A stretch of DNA of 64,000 bases from an uncultured Gammaproteobacteria bacterium (GTDB taxonomy: Bacteria > Patescibacteriota > Microgenomatia > Woykebacterales > RBG-16-39-9b), in the NCBI GenBank assembly GCA_964367355.1, contig CAYIWY010000001.1, forward strand, positions 35,307-99,306, given 5' to 3'. Shown here one piece after another: positions 18,644-28,068 of this stretch; the first letter of the stretch is position 1; every line of letters starts with the position of its first letter. The notes beneath the pieces were generated by a model, which was not told where the DNA came from, ran no database searches, and saw only the letters and a program-made list of their open reading frames with translations. The translations under genes and the position numbers were made by a program.

Positions 18644-20260
18644 TTACTCAATCTTGTAGATAAAAATACTCTTCCCTGCTTTAGCGATGGGGGTATATTT
18701 ATCCACAATCCAAGAGTAGTCTTCGGATGTATCCTTGCGGGTTACTATTACCGATGTGGATAAGGCGACCCAGCCTTTGTAGTTTTTAGCTGTAGGAGTG
18801 AGCTGCATAACTGGCAATTTATAGTAATCTCTGGCAGCATAGATTCCGGAATAATTGTCGATCGCAAGCGATTTTATCTTGTTGGCTCGGACAAAATCGG
18901 CCAGGCGCTTTACATCCTGTCCCCAATCATAGTTGGCATCGTTAGCGACTTTCCAGCCGTTGTCAGTTCCTCCAACTGTAAAATTAAAATAGCTCAAGAA
19001 ATGTGGATAAGTTGTCGCGGTTGACCAGATTCTCCCACCAAAAATTGTTAAAACTAATAATGCTGACAAAGTTAAGGAGGTTTTTGGTTTGAACCTTCGA
19101 AGTATTAAATGAATTAGAGAGGCAAATCCGCCAGCTGCAAAGATAATCAAAAATGGATAGATCGGAAGAATATGACGAATTCCGATATTAAATTTGGAAA
19201 AAACTGCGGTCAGGAAAAAAAGTCCAATCGGCAAAACAGAAATTAGTAAAGCCTTTTTAGGTAGGACTATTTTTTTAAAAAAAACTAAGATTAAGGCAAT
19301 TAAAGCTCCAACTAGAGACAAAATTTGAGTTTTTGTCGCAACTAAAACTGGGAAATAGTACCAACGAGAGCCGAAATAATTGTCACCAAGGAGATAAGAT
19401 GATCTACCATCTTTCGAAACAGATAAGAAAACTCTTCCTGCGCCTTCTAAATACCTCCCAGGGAAAAATCCAGTTAATCCTCTATCTCGAAACGAAACTA
19501 AACCGTAAAAAATTGGGATTGCAAGAAAGATACTTCCAAGTAAATAAAGAATATGTTTTCGAGGACGAGTTTTTTGAGTTTGGTAAATTAATTCCATGGA
19601 AATTACTACGATTGGTAATAAATAAAGGGCTGAGAATTTGGTGAGTAGAGAGAGTATTAGTGAAAGAGTTAGGAAAATAAGTCTTTCGATACTCTGTTTC
19701 TCCGAATAAAGCCAAAGGGCAAAGATAATTAAAACAAAAAATCCAGCAGCGGGCATATCAGTATTGAACAAAGAACCGTTGGATAAAATCACACCCTCAG
19801 TGCTATAAAGAAAAACCGCTATTAGTCCGGCAAGATTGCCAAAAAGTTTCTGCGCAAAAAGAAAAATTATTAAGCCAAAAGCGGCTGTTAGAAATATCAT
19901 CAGAAGTCTTGTGTCAAACAGAATTTTATCTGGGTTGTTTGTTTGATAATTCAAAAACGCTTGTGAAGCAGAAAACATCTGGTCAATCTCTAAATTACTT
20001 CTTTGGATTTTGTAATGCGGGTCATTCAAATTAATTTTGGTTTCTTGAAACAGAAGAGGTGTTGCAGCGTACATTTTGGCAAGCAGCGGGTGTTCAATAT
20101 CGATATAATCATGGCCATATCTCAGCGCCACATATCCGGAAAGTAGGTGTGGGGGTTCATCGAAAGTGGGTGAATCGTTTCGGCTTGCAAAAAGCATTAA
20201 AATAACCATGGTGGCAAGATTTAAAATTACAAGTATTTTAATTAACGATTGTTTTGACAT
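18644..20260 (-). CDS. polytopic membrane protein, GT-C-type glycosyltransferase-like (PMT/ArnT-like)
   Basis: 538 aa with more than 10 TM. The FDEPPH motif in the first loop resembles the DE motif of GT39/GT83. Confidence 0.35.
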   Translation of the reverse strand: MSKQSLIKILVILNLATMVILMLFASRNDSPTFDEPPHLLSGYVALRYGHDYIDIEHPLLAKMYAATPLLFQETKINLNDPHYKIQRSNLEIDQMFSASQAFLNYQTNNPDKILFDTRLLMIFLTAAFGLIIFLFAQKLFGNLAGLIAVFLYSTEGVILSNGSLFNTDMPAAGFFVLIIFALWLYSEKQSIERLIFLTLSLILSLLTKFSALYLLPIVVISMELIYQTQKTRPRKHILYLLGSIFLAIPIFYGLVSFRDRGLTGFFPGRYLEGAGRVFLSVSKDGRSSYLLGDNYFGSRWYYFPVLVATKTQILSLVGALIALILVFFKKIVLPKKALLISVLPIGLFFLTAVFSKFNIGIRHILPIYPFLIIFAAGGFASLIHLILRRFKPKTSLTLSALLVLTIFGGRIWSTATTYPHFLSYFNFTVGGTDNGWKVANDANYDWGQDVKRLADFVRANKIKSLAIDNYSGIYAARDYYKLPVMQLTPTAKNYKGWVALSTSVIVTRKDTSEDYSWIVDKYTPIAKAGKSIFIYKIE

Positions 20261-20331
20261 AAAAAATTAGAATTTTGATCGACTTTCCTAGCAACAGAAA
20301 AGTTAAACAATATTATACAGGTAAGCAAATC

Positions 20332-20360
20332 TTGACAGTAGTTAGCACTCGTGCTAAATT
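20332..20360 (+). promoter_or_regulatory. hrcA promoter (TTGACA, 17-bp spacer, TAAATT) with a compact CIRCE-like palindrome TTAGCACtcGTGCTAA (20342-20357) in its spacer and -10 region
   Basis: Seen directly. The canonical CIRCE is TTAGCACTC-N9-GAGTGCTAA; here the same half-sites are separated by only 2 nt. Confidence 0.55.
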
Positions 20361-20386
20361 GTTGCTACTTCAAAAGAGGAGGTAAA

Positions 20387-21118
20387 ATGCCAGAATTGTC
20401 CGATAGACGCAAAGAACTACTGAAAATAATTATTGACGAATATATCGAAAGCGCCGAACCCGTTGGTAGCGAAACGATTGTCGAGAAGTACAATCTGGGT
20501 GTTTCTCCAGCAACGGTACGAAACGAAATGGTTGCTTTAACTAAGGAAGGGTTTTTGAAGCAACCGCACACTTCAGCCGGCCGTATCCCGACCCCAATGG
20601 GTTTGAAATTCTATATCAGCGGGTTGATGAAGGAAACCTCAATGCCAGTTCGAGACGAGGTTACGATCAAAGAATCACTTTGGGATCAGAGGTTTCAGTT
20701 TCACAAATTGCTTCGCCAAGCCGCCCGCGAACTCTCCTCCCAAACCGGAAATTTAGCCGTTGCCTACAGTGAGGATGGGGATATGTTCTATTCTGGGGCC
20801 GCCAATATTTTGGAAATGCCAGAATTTTATGATATTGATTTAACTAAAGCAGTTTTGGCAATGATTGATAGCCAAGAAACTATTTCTGAGATTTTCGATC
20901 GAGCAGTTGGTGAAGAACCAGTACACATATTGATTGGCGAAGAAATTGGTCAGGCTTATTTAGAATGTTGCGGAGTAGTTTTTGCTCCCTTTGGTTCTGG
21001 TAAAAAAAATGCTGGGGTTATTGGGGTGATTGGTCCTGCAAGAATGCATTTCAACCGAGTGATTCCGACGGTTCGTTACTTTGGTGATCTTTTAACTGAG
21101 CTCTCACGTAGTTACTAA
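20387..21118 (+). CDS. hrcA: heat-inducible transcription repressor HrcA
   Basis: N-terminal MPELSDRRKELLKIIIDEYIESAEPVGS winged-helix region. SD AGAGGAGG precedes the ATG at 20387. Confidence 0.85.
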   Translation: MPELSDRRKELLKIIIDEYIESAEPVGSETIVEKYNLGVSPATVRNEMVALTKEGFLKQPHTSAGRIPTPMGLKFYISGLMKETSMPVRDEVTIKESLWDQRFQFHKLLRQAARELSSQTGNLAVAYSEDGDMFYSGAANILEMPEFYDIDLTKAVLAMIDSQETISEIFDRAVGEEPVHILIGEEIGQAYLECCGVVFAPFGSGKKNAGVIGVIGPARMHFNRVIPTVRYFGDLLTELSRSY

Positions 21119-21188
21119 AATTCTGATTTTTGCAGGAATGTAACGACTACTAAAATTCTGATTTTTGCAGGAATGTAACGACTACTAA
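21113..21188 (+). repeat. perfect 35-bp tandem duplication (2 copies plus a 6-bp partial) spanning the hrcA stop codon
   Basis: TACTAAAATTCTGATTTTTGCAGGAATGTAACGAC occupies 21113-21147 and again 21148-21182, followed by TACTAA. Confidence 0.9.
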
Positions 21189-21192
21189 TAGA

Positions 21193-21633
21193 ATGAAAAA
21201 GACAAAAAAAGACACAGATAATAAAACAAGTGAACTCGAAAGCCAGCTCAAAAGAGCTCTTGCTGATTATGCAAATTTACAAAAAAGAACTGAGGAAGAA
21301 AAAAGAGCAGTTGTAAAATTTGGTAACGTAGTTTTGATAGCAAAGTTTTTGGATATACTAGATCACCTTGAGGAGGCACAAAAAACAATTAATTCTGAAG
21401 GTTTGGAACTGGTTATCAAAAAATTTAAAGATACCTTAGATTCTGAAGGAGTAAACGAAATTTCAACTCAAGGGGAAGTTTTTGATCCGGTCAAACATGA
21501 GGGTATTGCAACAGTCGAAGGTAAAAAGAATGGTGAAATTGCACAGGTTTTGCAAAAAGGCTACGAGCTGGATGGAAAAGTCATTAGACCAGCCAGGGTA
21601 CGAGTTACTACAGCTGCTACAGTAAAGGAATAA
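21193..21633 (+). CDS. grpE: nucleotide exchange factor GrpE (short)
   Basis: Coiled-coil N-terminus plus a C-terminal GrpE-like domain (FDP..HEG). Sits between hrcA and dnaK in conserved order. Confidence 0.8.
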   Translation: MKKTKKDTDNKTSELESQLKRALADYANLQKRTEEEKRAVVKFGNVVLIAKFLDILDHLEEAQKTINSEGLELVIKKFKDTLDSEGVNEISTQGEVFDPVKHEGIATVEGKKNGEIAQVLQKGYELDGKVIRPARVRVTTAATVKE

Positions 21634-21635
21634 TT

Positions 21636-21887
21636 ATGGTTCGGGTACTTTCTTTAATTTGGACATTAGCTCTCTCGATCGGTGTGACTTCGGTGAGTTT
21701 CTTTTATGTCCGGGATGAAATTAAGCATGGTTTTCCTTTCTCGTTTGCGAAAGATACTTTAAATGGAGATGGAACGAGTGGTTTTAACATAAATTATTGG
21801 TCAATCGGTTTTGACATTTTAGTTTGGTGGCTGCTATTTAGTTTACTTTGGATAATTATCAAAAATTATGTTTTGGAGTTGGATTAA
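21636..21887 (+). CDS. small membrane protein
   Basis: 83 aa with two TM segments. Confidence 0.35.
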   Translation: MVRVLSLIWTLALSIGVTSVSFFYVRDEIKHGFPFSFAKDTLNGDGTSGFNINYWSIGFDILVWWLLFSLLWIIIKNYVLELD

Positions 21888-21967
21888 AATATTACTAGTC
21901 TAAAATTATAACGCGCTAAAGCGCGATGTATTTTTTGACAAAAACTTATTTATAGAAGGGGTAATGT

Positions 21968-23899
21968 ATGTCAAAAATTATTGGTATTGATTTAGGAACA
22001 ACAAATAGTGCGATGGCCATTATTGAGGGTGGTCAGCCAAAAGTTATTCACAGCGCTGAAGGGGAAAACACGACTCCATCAGTCGTTGACCCGATTAAAA
22101 GAGTCGTTGGTCGCGTGGCAAAAAGACAAGCTGTTGTTAATCCAAAAACGACAATTTTTTCCGTCAAGCGTTTAATGGGTCACAAATTCAAGGATGAAAC
22201 CGTGCAACGGGATGTTAAATGGCTTCCCTATACAGTCAAGAGTGGTAAAAACGATATGGCAGTAGTTGAAGTCGAAGGTAAGGAGTTTACTCCCCAGGAA
22301 ATTTCCGCCCAAATTTTAGGAAAAATCAAAGCTGATGCCGAAAGTTATTTAGGCGAAAAAGTTACTGATGCAGTTATTACCGTGCCGGCTTACTTTGATG
22401 ATGCGCAGCGTCAAGCCACCAAACAAGCTGGAGAAATTGCCGGTCTTGACGTCAAACGAATCATCAACGAACCGACTGCGGCCGCTCTGGCTTATGGTTT
22501 GGAAAAATCCCAGGGACACACAATTGCCGTTTACGATCTTGGTGGTGGGACTTTTGACGTTTCCATTTTGGAACTTGGTGAAGGTGTTTTTGAAGTAAAA
22601 TCAACAGCTGGTGATACCCATCTTGGCGGCGATGATTTTGATCAAAAAATTATAGATTTCTTGGTTGAAGAATTTAAAAAAGAAAATAGCGTCGATCTGT
22701 CAGCTGATAAACAAGCTATGCAGAGATTGCGTGATAGTGCTGAGAAAGCCAAGATTGAGCTTTCTAGTTCTTTAGAGACGGAAATTAATATTCCTTATAT
22801 TACTGCCGATGCTTCCGGGCCAAAGCACTTACTGGTAAAACTTTCCAGGGCAAAACTTGAAAGCATTGTCACTGATTTAATCGAAAAAACTTTCACCGCG
22901 ACCAAAACTGCGATCAAGGATGCTGGAATAGATGCTTCCAAAGTTGACGAAGTTGTATTAGTTGGTGGTATGACTAGAATGCCGGCAGTGCAAGAAGCAG
23001 TCAAAAAATTCTTCGGCAAAGACCCACACAAAGGCATCAACCCAGACGAAGTGGTGGCGATTGGAGCTGGAATTCAAGGGGCAGTTTTGACTGGAGAAGT
23101 TAAAGATGTCGTCCTTTTGGACGTGACCCCACTCTCTTTGGGAGTCGAAACGCTTGGCGGTGTTAGTACAGTTTTAATTGCTAGAAATACCACAATCCCA
23201 ACAAATAAAGCTGAAACTTTTTCAACCGCTGCTGACAACCAGACTTCGGTTCAAGTTCACGTTCTACAAGGTGAAAGACCGATGGCAGCAGACAACAAAT
23301 CACTCGGACAATTTATTCTTGACGGAGTACCACCCTCCCCGCGTGGTGTACCACAGGTCGAGGTAACTTTCGATATCGATGCTAACGGTATTCTCAATGT
23401 TCACGCCAAGGAGAAAGCCTCTGGTAAAGAACAAAAAATCACCATTACCGGTTCCACTGGTCTTTCCAAAGAAGAAGCCGCCAATATGGCTGCCGAAGCG
23501 GAAAAACACGCCGAGGAAGATGCTAAGAAAAAAGAATTGATCGAAGCTCGAAATATCGCTGACAGCTTGGTTTACACAGCTGAGAAATCAATCAAAGATG
23601 CTGGCGACAAACTTAAAGAAGATGTTAAAAAAGAAGTTGAGGAAAAAGTTGCCGCTGCTAAAGAAGCCATAACTAAAGACAATGCTGACGATATCAAAAA
23701 AACAGCCGACGAACTTGGCCAAGCATTACAAAAGATTGGAAGTGCGATGTACGAGACTCCTCCAGGAGCAGATCCCGAAGGTGCCGGTGTCCAAGAAGAA
23801 ATCCCACCAACTGAAGGTGAGGAAAAAAATCCGCCAGCTGGCGGAGGAGAGGACGGAAAAACTGTTGAAGGTGAAGTGGTTGATGAAGACAAGAAGTAA
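21968..23899 (+). CDS. dnaK: chaperone DnaK (Hsp70)
   Basis: [18 protein letters not shown] and [11 protein letters not shown] motifs. 643 aa. Confidence 0.97.
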   Translation: MSKIIGIDLGTTNSAMAIIEGGQPKVIHSAEGENTTPSVVDPIKRVVGRVAKRQAVVNPKTTIFSVKRLMGHKFKDETVQRDVKWLPYTVKSGKNDMAVVEVEGKEFTPQEISAQILGKIKADAESYLGEKVTDAVITVPAYFDDAQRQATKQAGEIAGLDVKRIINEPTAAALAYGLEKSQGHTIAVYDLGGGTFDVSILELGEGVFEVKSTAGDTHLGGDDFDQKIIDFLVEEFKKENSVDLSADKQAMQRLRDSAEKAKIELSSSLETEINIPYITADASGPKHLLVKLSRAKLESIVTDLIEKTFTATKTAIKDAGIDASKVDEVVLVGGMTRMPAVQEAVKKFFGKDPHKGINPDEVVAIGAGIQGAVLTGEVKDVVLLDVTPLSLGVETLGGVSTVLIARNTTIPTNKAETFSTAADNQTSVQVHVLQGERPMAADNKSLGQFILDGVPPSPRGVPQVEVTFDIDANGILNVHAKEKASGKEQKITITGSTGLSKEEAANMAAEAEKHAEEDAKKKELIEARNIADSLVYTAEKSIKDAGDKLKEDVKKEVEEKVAAAKEAITKDNADDIKKTADELGQALQKIGSAMYETPPGADPEGAGVQEEIPPTEGEEKNPPAGGGEDGKTVEGEVVDEDKK

Positions 23900-23979
23900 G
23901 TGGTGTATAATGTATAGTGTATAACGCGCTGATAATTTATTTCAGAGAAACAGGCGCGCGATATTTGTCGAGGACGAAA

Positions 23980-24258
23980 ATGAAAAGAAAACAAATATAC
24001 CTTACTGAAACCTTAGATCGAGAAATTGGAGAATTGGCGAAAAAGGAAAATAAACCACAAGCTGTGGTTATTCGTCAGCTTCTAGAAAACAGTATTCAGA
24101 AAAAATTGAGTAGTGGGGAATTCCTATTGAAGTTGGCTAAATATGCAGTTCCTGGACCAGGTGATCTGTCTACCAACCTCGATCGTTACCTCTATGGAGA
24201 TTTGTCTCCTAATTATGGCCATCTCTACCGAAAAAAGAAAAATTCTAATAGACGCTGA
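23980..24258 (+). CDS. ribbon-helix-helix (CopG/VapB-like) antitoxin
   Basis: MKRKQIYLTETLDREIGELAKKENKPQAVVIRQLLE is an RHH pattern. Overlaps the downstream PIN gene. Confidence 0.55.
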   Translation: MKRKQIYLTETLDREIGELAKKENKPQAVVIRQLLENSIQKKLSSGEFLLKLAKYAVPGPGDLSTNLDRYLYGDLSPNYGHLYRKKKNSNRR

Positions 24259-24676
24259 TGCTTTTATTGGGTTGATCTACGCAAAGGATGCAAACCATCA
24301 ATTTGCAAGTAAAATAGTTGAGTTACTAACAGATGTCCAGCTGATTACTTCAAGTCATGCTTACGGTGAGGCAATTACGATACTCAGCCAAAAAGCTGGT
24401 CGAAATGTAGCATTTAAGTTTATCTACGATATAGGTAGAAGTTCTACCCAAATTATAGATGTTGGTTTTGCCCTGCGATTGGCCGCGGAGAAAATTTTCA
24501 AACGACAAACTTCTAAGAACGTCTCTTTCACCGATTGTGTCAATATGGCGATTCTTGAAAAGTTTGGTTTAAGAGAAATTTTTAGTTTTGATTCAGACTA
24601 CAAGAAGAATGGGTTTGTACGAGTTGGTGTTGATAAAAAGCTTGAAGGGGAGGTGGTTAACGAGGAAAAGAAGTAA
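24215..24676 (+). CDS. vapC: PIN-domain toxin (VapC-like)
   Basis: ILIDADAFIGL (first acidic residue) and SFTDCVNMAIL..IFSFDSD (C-terminal acidic residues). The ORF-track start at 24143 is probably too early. Confidence 0.65.
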   Translation: MAISTEKRKILIDADAFIGLIYAKDANHQFASKIVELLTDVQLITSSHAYGEAITILSQKAGRNVAFKFIYDIGRSSTQIIDVGFALRLAAEKIFKRQTSKNVSFTDCVNMAILEKFGLREIFSFDSDYKKNGFVRVGVDKKLEGEVVNEEKK

Positions 24677-24912
24677 TGAACATTGATGTAAACAAACTAA
24701 GTGCATTTTACGTTGAGCTTTGTGAAAAGCAAAAACCAGAAAAACCTTACTATTGTGAAACACAAGAGCTTAAAGGTTTCGGAACGGTAAGCTCGGGTAC
24801 TATTGTCCATCAACAGACAACGGTTATTGTTGGCACTGTTGGAACTTCGGCCGTCACTATAAATCCTAACTTGTATTATTCCATAGGTACTATAGTAAAG
24901 AATGAGTTATGA
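24676..24912 (+). CDS. hypothetical small protein
   Basis: 78-aa ORF in an operon-like arrangement. Confidence 0.3.
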   Translation: MNIDVNKLSAFYVELCEKQKPEKPYYCETQELKGFGTVSSGTIVHQQTTVIVGTVGTSAVTINPNLYYSIGTIVKNEL

Positions 24913-25514
24913 AATATGAATTCATTGCTGTAGATATCCAGAATGAGTTTGCCACTGAGGGTGGTCTTCACTATACTCCAAAACCCTCCGTCCGCTTTCT
25001 AAATGAAAATATATTCCCGGTTTTTGAATCCAGAGGGATAAAAATAAACAACATTGTCTCTGATTACCGTCAACCCAGGCCAGGAGACTGGGGTAAAGGT
25101 TGTATTCCAGGAACTTGGGGTTATGAAACTTTGGTCCCAAAAGACTTAATAAAATCTACATGGATAAAGTGCATGAATTCCCCGATTTGGGTTCGGGAAA
25201 ATATTGGCGATCCGAACAAAGAACCAGGACTGCCTTATCAAGATCCAAAAAAATTCCAAGAATGGTTAGATAAAAATATTGGAAAACCGGATGAAGTTAT
25301 CCCAGTTTTAATGGGGTTGACTATTGATTGCTGTGTTCTCTCGACCTTGCAAGAACTGAACTGGCATGGTTATTACCCATTGATTTTAAAAGAAGCAGTT
25401 GACCATGCCACGGGAAAAATTGAAGATAGGGACAAGGTGCTTGAAACCCCAGCTTCTAATTGGGGAAAAGTTATAAGTTGGGAAGAGTTATCCAAGCAAC
25501 TAAACCGACAATGA
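24909..25514 (+). CDS. isochorismatase-family hydrolase
   Basis: N-terminal FIAVDIQNEF and a catalytic Cys context (LTIDCCV). Confidence 0.7.
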   Translation: MKYEFIAVDIQNEFATEGGLHYTPKPSVRFLNENIFPVFESRGIKINNIVSDYRQPRPGDWGKGCIPGTWGYETLVPKDLIKSTWIKCMNSPIWVRENIGDPNKEPGLPYQDPKKFQEWLDKNIGKPDEVIPVLMGLTIDCCVLSTLQELNWHGYYPLILKEAVDHATGKIEDRDKVLETPASNWGKVISWEELSKQLNRQ

Positions 25515-26068
25515 AAATCTGTGTTTTTGGAGACAGTATTACTTGGGGAGCTTTTGATCTAGAATCCGGTGGTTGGGTTGAGCGACTCAAAGTACATTTT
25601 TTTAATAACAATACCGAAACTTATATTTATAATTGTGGAGTTTCTGGGGACAAGGTAAACGACCTATTAAAAAGATTTGATACCGAAGCAGTTTCACGAA
25701 AACCGGACAAAATTATATTTTCCATTGGAATTAATGACAGTGCAAACAAAGATAACCCAGGTGGAACACCAATAGATGAATTCAAAAGTTCCTATAAAAC
25801 TCTTTTAGATAAAGCAGAAAAACTCACTAAAGATATTTTAGTAGTTGGGCTTAACAATATCGATGAGGCAAGTAACAAATTTGGTTATAGAAACGAAGAA
25901 ATTAAGAAATACAACGATGTAATCAATGAAATTTCCCAAGAAAGAAACCTCAAATTTGCGGACTGTTTTGGAATTTTGACAAAGGAAGATTTTTATACTG
26001 ATGGTGACCATCCAAATTCTAGTGGGCATCAGAAGATTTTTGAAAAAGTTTTACATATCCTCAAATAA
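25511..26068 (+). CDS. SGNH/GDSL hydrolase
   Basis: ICVFGDSITWG block I and DGDHP block V. The start overlaps the upstream stop (ATGA). Confidence 0.7.
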   Translation: MKICVFGDSITWGAFDLESGGWVERLKVHFFNNNTETYIYNCGVSGDKVNDLLKRFDTEAVSRKPDKIIFSIGINDSANKDNPGGTPIDEFKSSYKTLLDKAEKLTKDILVVGLNNIDEASNKFGYRNEEIKKYNDVINEISQERNLKFADCFGILTKEDFYTDGDHPNSSGHQKIFEKVLHILK

Positions 26069-26124
26069 ATTGACCCTAGTGGTATAATAAATTCCCATAT
26101 TTTGCGAAGGAAGGAGGTGAATAA

Positions 26125-26502
26125 ATGGTAGAGGTGCAAGTGGCAACTCCAAGTGGAGAACCGGTAGTGGAAGCCTGGTCGCACACTTCGAACGGAGACC
26201 GATTCCGGCCTTGGGTTTCGGAAGATCACTGGGTTTTTAAAGCAGGGGAAGATTGGGAGATAGTTCGTGACGAAGCTTCAGCAGTTGTATTTCGAATTCA
26301 TCCTGGGCATCATCTGATGTTCCCCGGCAGTGAGTTTGTGGCGACTACTGAGGACGGTCGAAAGATCCGCACTCGAGGTACGTTGACCACAGAAGGTGAC
26401 GAACCTGTGGATCTGGTTATGAAGGGCCACCGTATCAAGGCCTACCGTAGTCCGGACCACCGAAACTTTCCACCCCGGCCAATCGACATCGACAACTGGT
26501 AG
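26125..26502 (+). CDS. hypothetical protein, GC-rich (island B)
   Basis: Strong SD AGGAGGTG. Preceded by an extended -10 TGgTATAAT (26079-26087) and followed by a terminator. About 58% GC against a host of about 38%. Confidence 0.6.
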   Translation: MVEVQVATPSGEPVVEAWSHTSNGDRFRPWVSEDHWVFKAGEDWEIVRDEASAVVFRIHPGHHLMFPGSEFVATTEDGRKIRTRGTLTTEGDEPVDLVMKGHRIKAYRSPDHRNFPPRPIDIDNW

Positions 26503-26524
26503 CAGATAGGAAAAACCCACACAA

Positions 26525-26560
26525 GCCCCGAGGAGAAAAACTTCGGGGCCTTTTCTTTTC
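26525..26560 (+). terminator. Rho-independent terminator
   Basis: GCCCCGAGG..CTTCGGGGC followed by CTTTTCTTTT. A convergent minus-strand terminator (GGTGGATGGCAACATTCACC plus a T-run) sits at 26562-26596. Confidence 0.7.
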
Positions 26561-26600
26561 CAAAAAATAAAAGGTGAATGTTGCCATCCACCTTTTTGGG

Positions 26601-26876
26601 CTAACTTTCCACACCAACCCTTGCTAGTTCCTGATCAATTACCTCAACCACTTGCTGAATGGTATCTGGGTTTGCTTCGTCAGGAAATTCGAAATCCGGA
26701 TTATTTTTCTTTACCTCTTCTTCGAGACGGTAGAAGAAATAAGCTGTTCCGACAAACGCATCAACCAACCCAAGACTGGACACGGTGGCATTTGGCCCGA
26801 AAATTCGCTCGTTACGTTTACCTGGTTCGATTTCAAGAGCAACCCTCTTGACCAACTCGTAAGTTGTTTCAGCCAT
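26601..26876 (-). CDS. acyl-carrier-protein-like single-domain protein lacking the conserved phosphopantetheine Ser
   Basis: SLGLVDAF..RLEEEV..NPDFEFPDEANPDTIQQVVEVIDQ aligns with ACP helix II-IV (LGADSLD..EEEF..IPDE..I.TV..ID). The Ser position is Asp. Confidence 0.5.
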   Translation of the reverse strand: MAETTYELVKRVALEIEPGKRNERIFGPNATVSSLGLVDAFVGTAYFFYRLEEEVKKNNPDFEFPDEANPDTIQQVVEVIDQELARVGVES

Positions 26877-26885
26877 CCTCTTCTC

Positions 26886-27488
26886 CTATTTTCCTGTTGG
26901 CACTTTATCCAACTTTTTGTCCACCCGATCAACAACTTGTTGGATAGTGTCTATTTCCATCCAGTCATCTACATCAAGCTCGAAGTCTGGATGGTCAGTC
27001 TGGAAATCTTCTACTAATGCTTCAAAGAAGTCTATCACGCCAAGACCAAGCTTTTTGAGTGTAGATTCTGGTTTTACAGAATTCGGATCTAAGTCTTTCG
27101 TACCCCTAGTTCTCAGAAAGTTCATACGAACACGATTAAAAGTGCTGGACCAAACCCTTCTCTCCCGAGAGAACATAAGAGAAGTGTCTAGGGCTTTGAC
27201 TAAGTCCCCAACCGTTTTAAGTGCGTTATTGGGGTCGAAATCGATCGAGTTGCTGAAAAGATATTCTTCCTTCTTAAAAAGCTGCTGCAACTCTCCGAAA
27301 AAAAGAAAACCAGCCCAGAGTGGTTGTCTGGTGCTACCAAAGATATCAAGTAGCGGTGTCTCTGGATTGATACCCGTTTCGGGAATCGTGATGGCCTTTT
27401 GTTCAACGATAACTCGGAAAACCTTCTGGAAAGTCGTCTCTACTTTCTCTGTCACTTGTCTTTCTCCTTGCTGAACTCTCGAGGACAA
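26886..27488 (-). CDS. protein with two tandem ACP-like domains (paralog of the 26601-26876 gene)
   Basis: The C-terminal domain KKLGLGVIDFFEALVEDF..HPDFELDVDDWMEIDTIQQVVDRVD matches the 91-aa protein. The N-terminal half (LLDIFGS..ELQQLFKKEEYLF..IDFDPNNALKTVGDLVKAL) follows the same pattern. Confidence 0.5.
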   Translation of the reverse strand: MSSRVQQGERQVTEKVETTFQKVFRVIVEQKAITIPETGINPETPLLDIFGSTRQPLWAGFLFFGELQQLFKKEEYLFSNSIDFDPNNALKTVGDLVKALDTSLMFSRERRVWSSTFNRVRMNFLRTRGTKDLDPNSVKPESTLKKLGLGVIDFFEALVEDFQTDHPDFELDVDDWMEIDTIQQVVDRVDKKLDKVPTGK

Positions 27489-27510
27489 TATAACACAACT
27501 GAATTAATTA

Positions 27511-27550
27511 GAAAAATTAAAGGCCTTGTACAAATTTTGTACAAGGCCTT
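27511..27550. terminator. perfect palindrome AAGGCCTTGTACAAAttTTTGTACAAGGCCTT with flanking T/A runs; bidirectional terminator
   Basis: Seen directly, between the 27557-27955 and 26886-27488 genes. Confidence 0.65.
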
Positions 27551-27556
27551 TTGGGT

Positions 27557-27955
27557 TTATCCCGGGACCAATTCTTTTTCTCCGGTCAGGACTAGCTCGA
27601 CGATCTCGTGAGACTTAAGCGCATCCGAGCGTTGATTACACGCTGACTGAGCCCTTGCCTTCGCAACCTGGTCAATTTCTTCGAGGGACCAAGAAGAATC
27701 CATCTCTGTTTCAAACGAAAACTTTCTGCCGGAAACGGTTTCGACGTTAACAACGACTTTGTAATGGTGTTGAGTAACAGCCGGTTGATCCATAACTCTC
27801 CTTTCGGCAACCTCCGGTTCTAGCCGTCTTGTCCGTACCGCTGGTTCGCGGTTGTCGCAAGCAGGGCTACCCCAACCGTTGTCCTCATCTCCTTCACGAC
27901 GTGCAGGTTCTCGATTATCACAAGCGCCCCATCCCATTAGACCTCTCCTTTCCAA
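27557..27955 (-). CDS. hypothetical protein with a tandem Cys-containing repeat (GWGACDNREPA and GWGSPACDNREPA)
   Basis: The direct repeat sits in the N-terminal third. The C-terminal part appears globular. GC-rich. Confidence 0.5.
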   Translation of the reverse strand: MERRGLMGWGACDNREPARREGDEDNGWGSPACDNREPAVRTRRLEPEVAERRVMDQPAVTQHHYKVVVNVETVSGRKFSFETEMDSSWSLEEIDQVAKARAQSACNQRSDALKSHEIVELVLTGEKELVPG

Positions 27956-28068
27956 TTTCTGCTTGGATTGTAAAGCAAAAAGCTATTTTTGACAAGCAAG
28001 ATTATAATTGTAATTGGTTATAGGTCTTCCTATAATTTATCCAAGGTTGGTTTTGAAAGGAGAGAAAA

